From an uncultured Candidatus Peribacteria bacterium (GTDB taxonomy: Bacteria; Patescibacteriota; Gracilibacteria; BD1-5; JAGOOR01), in the NCBI GenBank assembly GCA_964630285.1, contig CAZVRL010000002.1, forward strand, positions 1 to 50,406: 50,406 nucleotides of DNA, given 5' to 3'. The notes beneath the pieces are model-generated. The model saw only the letters and a list, made by a program, of their open reading frames with translations. It was not told the origin of the DNA and did not search any database. Below, piece after piece: positions 9,411 to 19,183 of the stretch; position 1 is the first letter of the stretch; each line of letters starts with the position of its first letter. The position numbers and the translations under genes were made by a program.

Positions 9411-11522
9411 CTAAAAACTCGATTTCTGTAATTCAGATATTTTTCGGGCGATACTAAAAACCACTCCACGAGTAGCAGACCGGTCAGGTGAAAAATCAAA
9501 ATCTCGCTCTACAATACCGAGGTTAAAAGCAGTACCAATGATATTTATCTTCCAGGGCTCTATCTCACCACCACTATATTTTTGTATTTTTATATCACCA
9601 GCCCGGAGTAACATACCAACGGCCTCAACGAGACTAATTTTTGCCTCAGGCCCAAAATAATTACTATCCTTGGTGACTATTCATTCATCATACGCATTTT
9701 CTATGACACGGCATGCCCAAGAATTTGGTTTACTCGCAGAAACATCAGCAAAAATATTTCTACACTGGTAATAATCTGGAATCTCTACGTCTCCTATTCT
9801 CGTTGCTAGAGCGACGACTTCTTGTCGGAGGACGTATTCTTGGAGCTTATAAGCAGCAAGAGAAGGCTTCTTTGTTATGTAACCAAAAGCAGCTAAATAA
9901 TCACCGTCGGAGAGTTTTGTGAGCTGAGCTTCGGTCATACCTGATGGGAGTTTTTCATTGCTGACAGCAGAGTTTTTACCAGTGAGACGCATGAGGTTTT
10001 GCTCGAGCTGAATAATTTTTTGTTTCTGAGCCAAGACATCAAGGTAGAGAGCAGCATCGACAACAGAATTTCATTCGCTATTGAGACGCACACTTTCATT
10101 GAGACTTGCATAAACAGTATCTGGAGAGACGTAGCCATACTGGTTATATCCGAGAGCGATGATACCAGCTATCATAGGTGCAGAAAAGGATGTACCACTG
10201 TCAGTTCTGTAATCAACACCATTTTCCTTATTAAAAACAGAAACAGAGGTAGAAAAAATACTTTCTCCTGGTGCAGAAAAAGATATACATGCACCATAGT
10301 TTGACCACGGCGCTTTTGCTCATTTTTTATCAAGCGATTCGATACCGAGAGAGTAATGCTTACTTCAGCCATTATTACAAACAGGCGAGATAGGATTGAT
10401 GGTAGTATTTACTCCGGTATTTTTATACGAAAGAACATCTCCGTTACCTGCAGCGATAACAACAATGACTCATTTTTCATACGCATATTTCATGAGTTCA
10501 TCATACCGACGACTATAAGTAAATTGACTCTGACCAAGACTGAGATTGATGATATTTGCCTTATTATCTACAGCATACCGAATAGCCTTGATAATATTGT
10601 CTTCTCTTGCGTTTCCCTTGAAATCAAAAACTCTCAAAGGCATGATTTTTGCATTTTTCGCTATACCAGCAATCCCCTTTTTATTGTCTATCTCAGCCGC
10701 AATAATACCTGATATCATGGTACCATGTTCGCCTGTTGGGAAGTTATCAGGAATCTCATCTCCAGCAAAGTTTTTGATTTTATTAGCTCCATATTGTGCA
10801 TCTGGACTGACCCAAATGTTATTTGTGAGGTCGGGATGATTGATATTTATACCGTCATCTATGACCGCCACTATAACCTCGTTTGATTTTGTCACCTTTT
10901 TCCACGCTGCTGGGACATTGAGCATTTTGAGATAATACTGTAGATGAGAGAAAGTATCATCACTCGGTGCTTGTTCGATTTCACGCTGTTTGTTGATTTT
11001 AGATTGAAGCTTACTGATGACAGAACGGGATTCTTTGACCTGATACCTGCCTCGTGCATAGTGCTGAGCTTGTTCGTAGTACTCAAGAGCATTGCTGTAA
11101 TCCTTTTTATTGAGATAAGCAGAACCCGCATTGTAATACGCATGGTACGAGGCATTATCGAGTTCGATAATTTTTTTGTATTGTTCGATAGCCTGATCCC
11201 ATTGTCCTTCTGAAAAATAACCATTACCGATATCGAAATATCGTTTTATCGTCTGATTTATGTTAGCTATATTTTTGACACATTCGTTGTAAGAAGCTTC
11301 CAATTTGACTCATTTTGAGAGGAGCCCCGAGAGTGATTCTGAAAACTTGATTCTCTGAGGAGAATTTTCTGGGATAAGTTCCCATGTTTCCATAGAAGAA
11401 CGAACTTCATTCTTTACATCCTCATACTGAGCCTCCAAATCACTACAATCCTTGAGAGAGAAAACAAAACCCCCCTGATACAGGAGCAGTAAAGTAAGTA
11501 AGAGGGTTTTTCTCATACTCAT
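9411..11522 (-). CDS. secreted subtilisin-like (S8) serine protease with N-terminal TPR repeats and three C-terminal SLH-like repeats
   Basis: Track ORFs 11310..11522, 10470..11303, 9681..10034 and 9411..9614 are one frame joined by 6 TGA (11310, 10470, 10365, 10320, 10071, 9681). Signal peptide MSMRKTLLLTLLLLY. TPR-like AYYNAGSAYLNKKDYSNALEYYEQA. Catalytic motifs VAVIDDGIN, GEHGTMISG, AAGNG and GTSFSAPMIAG. SLH-like FADV..SWACRVIENAYDEGIV..FGPEAKIS and PWKINIIGTAFNLGIV..FSPDRSATRG. Confidence 0.8.
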
Positions 11523-11538
11523 GCATCTTACTCCTCTC

Positions 11539-12972
11539 TTATTTTGTTGTCAATTTTCTGGTCAATATTTCGGTAAATATTTTTGGATTACCTTGCCCTT
11601 TGCTTTCTTTCATACAGACGCCAACGAAAAACCCAAAAAGATTTACTTTCCCCGACTTATACTCCTCGACTTGTGAGGCATTGGCGGCAAGAACGGTGTC
11701 AACAATGACTTCCATAGCGCCAGAATCATTAACCTGACGGAGGCCTTTTTCATCGACGATTTTATCCGGATCTCAACCCTCATTCAAGAGAGTTTTTACA
11801 ACTTCCTGAGCGTTTGTAGAGGACAGTTCGTCATTTTTGAGCATATTCACCACACGAGCAAGGGCTTCTGGAGTGATTTTGAGGGTCGAGAAATCGATTT
11901 CTTCATCACCTTTTTTGAGAATTCACAAGATAACTGTGAGGATGAGTGAAGCGGATTTTTTTGGTTCATTCGTAAGAGAAACTGTTTTTTCAAAGAAATC
12001 AGACATAGCTCGCTCAGAACTGAGGATGCGAGCATCGTCTGGGAGGAGCTTCCATTCATTCAGATATTTCTGGCGACGATCCATCGGGAGTTCTGCGATT
12101 TTGCGCTCATCGATGTACTCTTGAGTGATGATAAGAGGTGGTAAATCAGGCTCTGGAAAATATCGGTAATCCATCGCGTCTTCTTTTGAACGAAGTGAAT
12201 GACTCTCCCCTGCATCATCATCCCAACCACGAGTTTCCTGGTCGACCGTACCATTTTCATCATAGATTTCGATTTGGCGCTTTACTTCAGTATCGATAGC
12301 GCGACCAATCTGCTGAAATGAGTTCAAATTCTTGAGTTCTACACGATTTCGGAGTTCATGACTCCCCTCTGGTCGAAGTGAGATATTTACATCACAACGA
12401 AGTTGCCCCTTTTCCATATCAGCATCACTCGCACCAGTAAATCGCATGATTTTTTGGAGTTCTTTGAGATAATCGAGGACGTCATCTTTGCCTCGGAAAT
12501 CAGGTTCTGTCACTATCTCCATGAGTGGACTTCCTGCACGATTAAAGTCTATGAGAGACTTCGTCACAGAGTGTTTGGATCCGCCTGCATCAGCCTCGAT
12601 ATGAATGCGTCGGATTTTGAAACGTTTCAATTCTTCTCCAACAAAAGCATCGAGATGGCCGTGCTCAGAAATCGGATGAAAGAGTTGCGTAATCTGATAT
12701 CCCATTGGGAGATCAGGATAGAAATAGCTCTTTCGATCGAACTGAGAAAAAGTATTCACCGTCATACGGAGACCGTGAGAAGCCCGAACTGCGAGGTCTA
12801 CCACACCCTCAGAGAGAATGGGGAGAGCCCCAGGAAGACCAAAAGAAACTGGTCAGATATTGATATTTGGATCACGTTCGAGAGCGACAGCATTTGGTTC
12901 GCCACCAAACATCTTGGTAATCGAACCAACACGGACATGGGTCTCAAGACCGATAACTATTTCGTATTTCAT
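11539..12972 (-). CDS. gatB: Asp-tRNA(Asn)/Glu-tRNA(Gln) amidotransferase subunit B
   Basis: Track ORF 11923..12804 extended through 3 TGA. N-terminus MKYEIVIGLETHVRV, then GLPGALP. The C-terminal GatB/YqeY-type domain (ITPEALARVVNML...KSGKVNLFGFFVGVCMKESKGQGNP) is recovered downstream of TGA 11923. Ends TAA 11539-11541. Confidence 0.9.
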
Positions 12973-13038
12973 ATGCGATGATTGTAGAGATTTTTCTAAT
13001 ATGACAAATAGAGTAATTTTCAGCTATCCTAAAAATAT

Positions 13039-13746
13039 CTAATAAGTTATTTTCTTAATACTTCAGACAGAAAGTACTAAATTTTCATGTTTTTTCGTAC
13101 CATCTGGAAACTCAATTATTATATTTTGATGATTTATCACTTCCACAACTTTACATATTTTAGTAACAACAGAGTTAGGTGACCCATCATATTGAGAAAA
13201 ATCATAATATTCAACTCTATCGCCAATTGAATAAACTTCATTCAACCATGGCATTTCTTGTTCTATTATCTCATTTAATATTTTTTGTCATTCTGATTCA
13301 GGATTTTTTGCTGTTTTATATCAAGTAGGATTTATAATTATACTTTCTATTTTTTTAATAGGAAGTTTTTTGCTGTTTAAAAAAGTTCTCTCTATTCAAT
13401 TGGGAAATTCGATTACAACAGTATTTCTGTCTATATATTTAATAATTCATTTTCAAAATAATGTATGTTCTATTGAATCTCATATTTTTACTGAAATACC
13501 AATAGGCTCTATCTGTGATTTATTAAAATCAAACTCATTTTCCCGGTATACATTATTTATTCACCTTCAGCTATCATCTGTTTTTTCCATTAAATAAAGA
13601 ATTCATTGAAAAACATTCCAAATAATCCCTAAAATAAAAAAAATCGCAAAAAATACACCAGGAAGTCAGGATTCATTACCTCTTGTTACTGCAAGCGTAA
13701 AAAATCATGAAATCAACAACAGAACTATGAATTGAGTTCATTTCAT
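13039..13746 (-). CDS. hypothetical membrane-anchored protein with two Tudor/SH3-like (DUF3553-like) repeats; extremely UGA-rich
   Basis: The frame of track ORF 13063..13254 stays free of TAA/TAG for 235 codons in about 28% GC sequence, but contains 13 TGA. N-terminal hydrophobic segments are followed by two copies of IGD(S/R)(I/V)E...(V/I)IEFP(N/D)G. An alternative ATG lies at 13768-13770. Ends TAG 13039-13041. Confidence 0.6.
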
Positions 13747-13793
13747 ATTCACCAAAGGCATGTGGACCATATGAAAATTATACAAATAATAAA

Positions 13794-15986
13794 CTAATTC
13801 TTCATTCCCTCAATCATCTGCGGAATAAAGTCTTCGAGACTGATTCAGAGAAGCGTCTCGCAACGTCTGCAGTGTTCACGGCTTACACCAGCTGCAAAGC
13901 CTTTGTCTTTGAGTTTTTTGAGTACTGAAGTAACCTTAACCTCGTCGAGGGATTTATTTGGTGTCATTCTAGAGCATGCCCAGATAAATCCTGAAAGCTC
14001 ATCAGCAGAGGCGAGGTATTTACGTAAATCCGTATCCAGCCCATGCTCTGGGAATTTTTCCTCATAGTGCGAACGAATATCCTCAAGCATTCACTTTGGA
14101 GCATTCATTTCTTCGAGAATTTGGGTAAGTGACTCACCACAATGACGCTCAGCATCTTTTTCGACAACATCCCAATCGACATCATGGAGCACACCGACAG
14201 CATACCAATAATCAGCATTTTTGCCGAGTTTCTGACCAAAATAACGCATACATCGACCCACTGTGAGATTATGATCTTTTGTCGTCGTAGAATATTTTGC
14301 AAGCGTGGCTTCTACTATTGGCAAATCAATATTGATATGAGAGTGTAGGTCATTTTCTTCAGATGATACAGCCTTTTTTCCTGGAGTCTTAACACTGACT
14401 GAAGGTTCAATTTTTGGATTCTTATCTTTCACGAGTGGAAACAAGACAACATCTCGGAGGTTTGGCTGTGCTGTGAGGAGCGCGACGATACGATCGATAC
14501 CCATACCAAAACCAGACTGAGGTGGCATGCCATGCTCCATGGCAGCGACGAAATCATCATCTGGCATAGCTATTTCATCATCTCCCGCCTTCTTTGCATC
14601 GAGTTGTTTTGAAAAACGTTCTTCTTGATCAACAGGGTCTACAAGCTCAGAGTAAGCATTGGTCACTTCCCAACCATTGATGCAGAGCTGAAATCGGTCT
14701 ACTATGCTCGGATTTGTGTCATTGAGACGGGCGAGTGGTGAGAGGACCAGGGGCTGATGGATAACGAAAGTCGGATTGATGATATGCGGTCGAGCTATTT
14801 TCTTATAGAGCTTATCGATAAGCGTTCCGTGCGAGAGTTTCATCATACCATCTATCTGAATACCAGCTTTTTGGATAGCTTTCTGGAGTTTTTCAAGCGT
14901 ATTTTCCTCGTAGATATTGATATCAGAATGTTCTTGAATTAAATCACAAATAGAGCGTCGTGGCCATTTCCCTGAAAAATCCACCGTATGCTTCTCCCCT
15001 TTTGAATTAATGATTTCGACTTTCTTGTTTCCGTCCATGAGTTCATCTATAATGTAACCAAACATGCGCTCCGTGAAATCCATATTATCCTCATAGTTCC
15101 AGTACACAGCATAGTGCTCAACGGAGGTAAACTCTGGAAGATGAGATGGGTCGAGGCCTTCATTGCGGAAAGACTTCCCTATTTCAAAGACTTTTTCCAT
15201 ACCACCAACTGTACACTTTTTGAGTGATGTTTCAGGTGCGATACGGAGGTACAGATCTGAATCAGTTGCCTCATGGTGTGTTGTAAATGGATGAGCGAGG
15301 GCCCCAGAAGCACTATTTCCAAGAGTAGGAGTCTCTACTTCGATAAATCCCTCGCGGTAATAAAATTCACGAAGTTTCTGGACAAATCGAGAACGGAATA
15401 CCATGCGATCATATGAAGTTTTCTCAGTAATCATGTCGAGATACCGTTTTCGGTAGATAGTTTCCTCATCAGCGAGTCCGTGAAATTTTTCTGGAAGTGG
15501 GAGAAATGCTTTTGAGAGAAGCTGAAACGAGCGAACAAAGACAGTCAATTCACCTTTATGCGTCATAAATAACTCACCATGAATACCGATAATATCTCCT
15601 CGGTCGATATATTTTTCAAAAATTTTAAATGGTTCCGCGGCTTCCTTTCCTATTTCACGCAATTCCCCACCATCTTGTGATAGAAGACAAAAATCCTTCG
15701 AAAGAGCAAACTGAATCTGCCCAGAAAAGTCCTGAAGTGTACCAAATATGAGCTTCCCGAAGCTACGAACGAGCATGATACGTCCAGCAGTATGTATTTC
15801 GTTTCCCGGCTCGGGAATAATCTCATCAATAGATCGAAATGTCTGTTTTTCTGATTTTTTGCGAATAACGCCTATATCCTGTTTTTTATGAAATCTATCA
15901 GGATACAGCTTGACTCCGAGGGCTCGAAGTGCATGGAGTTTTTGAAGACGAACTGAACGCTCGTCGTGTGGGTCTGGAGAAGTCAT
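13794..15986 (-). CDS. lysS: lysine--tRNA ligase (class II) fused to a C-terminal HD-superfamily hydrolase domain
   Basis: Track ORF 14091..15986 (631 aa, no stop of any kind) already runs from the LysRS core (OB fold, FRNEG, GxGIDR = GMGIDRIV, VLFPLVK) into the first half of an HD domain (VGVLHDVDW). The domain continues through TGA 14091 and 13845 (ELSGFIWACSRMTPNKSLDEVKVTSVLKKLKDKGFAAGVSRE). Ends TAG 13794-13796. Confidence 0.85.
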
Positions 15987-16088
15987 AAAAGTTATAGATT
16001 ATGGCTATTGTATGAAGTTTTTTAATTTTTTGAAAGGAATAGTTATTTGAAGAATTGACAAAGTACGAAATAAATTAAAATACTATTT

Positions 16089-16598
16089 ATGCATACGTAT
16101 AAACCATGAAATGGCTTCACTGCAGAGCAGGCTGATGTACTGAATAGAACCGAGGCCTTCATTTCTCATAATAGCGATAGTGTAGATAGAATCATATTGG
16201 AATCCGTGCAGGCAGAATATCCTGATGATGGTATTCGTATTTTAGAAAGAAAACATTTTTGGGACGTAGAGTATATATTGGAGAGCGATCGTGATTGATA
16301 TAAATTCCATTCTCGTTTAGGCATTTCAACTTCAGAAAAAGGTCAAAAAAATGAAGCAAGGGTTTATCCAATTTGGGCATCTTATCCAGAATGCTTTGAT
16401 GCACCTAGACAAAGTTGGCATTGGCGCATGGATGAATTGGCTCAACACTTGTATCGATCAAAAGATATTAATCAGAATACAATCCCAAAACAAAAAATTG
16501 ATTCGTTATTATTAATTCAGTGAAGAGTTCGTTTGATACACGATGAAATGATCTCCCAAATTCAGGAAAAAGTTAGAGTACTAAAGGTTATTAATTAA
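16089..16598 (+). CDS. hypothetical protein
   Basis: A 169-codon frame open from ATG 16089 through 3 TGA (16107, 16296, 16521) to TAA 16596-16598. It is invisible in the standard-code track. No family recognised. Its 3' end overlaps the clpC stop by 8 nt. Confidence 0.45.
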
Positions 16599-19143
16599 TT
16601 ACAAACTCAAATCCCTCCTTTTTCGCATTAGTGACTTTCACAGAAGTGACTTTTGCGCCAATCATACGGTCGGCAATTTCATCTTCGATCTTTGTCTGGA
16701 TATAGCGGCGAACTGGCCTGGCACCAAATTCTGGATTGTAGGTATCTTTGAGTATTCGCTCAACGACTGGAGCTGCCCATTCGAGTTTTACATTGAGACC
16801 GGCGAGTCGTTTCTGAAGTTCAGTGAGTTGGAGAGTGATAATTTTCTTGATGACTTTGGTATCGAGAGGTCGGAAAACGACGACTTTATCAATACGATTG
16901 ATAAACTCGGGCGAGAAGTATTCATCGAGACTTTTGACGACTTTCCCTTCGATTTGTTCGAAGTCATCAATAATTCTATCTTTTGTTGCTTCAGCGACAT
17001 CAAAACCGATTTTCGTCGCACTCGTTGTAAACTCTTCAGATCAGATATTAGATGTCATCACAATAATGGTGTTTTTGAAGTTCACCTTTCTCCCCTTTCC
17101 GTCACTAATAACGCCGTCTTCCATGATTTGAAGGAGGAGATTAAAAATCTCCGTATTTCCTTTCTCAATCTCATCGAATAGTACGACTGAATAGGGCTTT
17201 CTTCGGACTTTTTCAGTGAGCATACCACCTTCTTCATACCCGACGAATCCTGCTGTCGTACCAATGAGTTTTGAACCAGAGTGTCGCTCAGAAAATTCTG
17301 ACATATCGATTTTGACGAGAGCCTTTTCATCTCCGTAGTATTCACGAGCGAGGACTTTCACCAGTTCCGTTTTACCGACACCCGTTGGTCACAAGAAGAG
17401 AAAACTCCCGAGAGGACGACGCTGATCGGAGATACCAGCCTGAGATCGTTTAATAGTGGAAACAATGGCCTTTATCGCGTCATCCTGACCTATTATTTTT
17501 GTCCCCATGTGTTTTTCCAGATCTTGAAGTTTTTTGATATCTTCAGCCGAGAGTGTCTTCATTGGTACGCCTGTGATATCGTGAACTACTTTTTGAATAT
17601 CGGCTGAGTGGATATGATGACGTTTTTCTCGAGGAATGGTGATTTTCCGACGTTTTTCTCGAATAGTACTCTCGATTTCAGAGAGTTGATCCTTCGCTCG
17701 AGAAGCTTTGTGATATTGTTGTGACGTGACAAAATCTGTGATATTTTTCTGGAGTTTTTCTGCTTCGAGTTTGAGAGTTTTTATCTCATCCTCACCATGG
17801 ACATAGGTCATACTCTTCGCACTACAGGCTTCGTCGATGAGGTCGATAGCTTTATCTGGGAGGAAGCGCTCTGTCATATAACGGACAGAGAGTTCAACTG
17901 CTTCATCGATGGCATCGTCCTCGATGACGAGATTATGATAATCTTCAAATGTTCCACGGAGACCTCGAATAATTTCTGCTGCGACAGCTTTTGATGGTTC
18001 ATCGACTTCTATTTTTTGGAATCGTCGCTCAAGAGCGGCATCCTTTTCGATATATTTCTGGTATTCAGAGAGCGTTGTTGCGCCAATAATACGTATCTTT
18101 CCTCGGCCCATCGCAGGTTTGAGAATATTGGCAGCATCGAGCATACCTTCTGATCCGCCTGCCCCTATAATAGTATGTATTTCATCTATGAAGAGGATAA
18201 CTTCGTTTTCGAGTTTTGTCGCCTCCTCGATAACCTGTTTCATACGAATCTCAAACTCACCACGGTATTTCGTACCAGCGACGAGAGAAGTCATATCGAG
18301 AACGAGTAGTCTCTTATGCTGCATCGCAAAAGGCACTTCACCAGCAGAAATACGGCGAGCAAGTCCTTCCACGACGGCAGTTTTACCAACACCTGGATCA
18401 CCAGTCAAAACAGGATTATTCTTTGTTTTACGATTGAGGATAGATATGAGTCGGTCGATTTCTTTTTCGCGTCCGATAATAGGGTCTATCTTTCCTTCTG
18501 ATGCCTCTTTTGTGATATCAGTACAGAAAAAATCAAGGGCCGGAGTCTGACTATCCTGACGTTTTTGATTTTGATCGTTATTTTGACTCATTTGAGAAAA
18601 CACAGGATTTTGTTCCACGTCTTCCATAGCTACACCACTGAGAAGTCCTTGTTCGAGAACATTCATGATTTTCCCGAGATCAGGTGTACCACCTGTCGTT
18701 CCCGTCTGAGAACGGTTAAAATCAACCAAAGCTCCTTCAAAATCACGGACATTGATACGTATGAAGTCGAGGAAATCGAGAAACCACGAATTACTCTGCT
18801 TGATGAGAGCAAGAAGGAAATCTTCGATACCTATAGACTTCTTTTCAAAGCTGGCAGCAACTTTGACACTCGCTACTATGACGTTTCGGAGGAGCTCGGA
18901 AATACCAGTGTATTCACCACTGCGATTGACGAGAGGGGCAAATTTTGGATGTGTCATGACATCGAGAAATACTTTTTCATTGATGCCAAAATCATTGAAG
19001 ATGGCATACATGTGTCATTTTTTGGAACGAAGTATTTCCATGATAATGTCAACAGATTCCAATGTTGAGAATCATTGTTGTTTTGCTGTGTTTTCCGCAG
19101 TGAGAAGATAACCTTTGTACTCTGGTGTGAAGTTCTTGAACAT
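16591..19143 (-). CDS. clpC: Clp/Hsp100 AAA+ chaperone (ClpC-type, two nucleotide-binding domains)
   Basis: Track ORFs 17389..19011 and 17041..17361 plus flanks form one frame with 3 TGA. NBD1 has GDPGVGKT and Walker [13 protein letters not shown]-like coiled segment follows. NBD2 Walker A is FLFL-G*-PTGVGKT (TGA 17389-17391). Also VVLFDEIEK and the ClpB_D2-small tail. Ends TAA 16591-16593. Confidence 0.9.
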
Positions 19144-19183
19144 AGTAAAAAATGGAAGAAAAAGTTGCTAAAAATATAACAAT

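Noticed and set aside
12403-12981. 192-aa plus-strand ORF.
   Set aside because: It is antisense to gatB. Similar antisense shadow ORFs at 25125..25703, 27270..27767, 28262..28792, 33252..33743, 3839..4261 and 40440..40862 were dismissed for the same reason.
15987-16088. T-box leaders upstream of the aminoacyl-tRNA synthetase genes lysS, tyrS, alaS and thrS.
   Set aside because: The upstream gaps are 23-100 nt, far shorter than a T-box (about 200 nt or more). No specifier-loop or antiterminator pattern was seen.
18119-19111. Plus-strand ORFs 18119..18550, 18565..19068 and 18752..19111 (119-167 aa).
   Set aside because: All lie antisense to the clpC coding region, which has clear AAA+ motifs. 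They are low-complexity S/R/I-rich translations.
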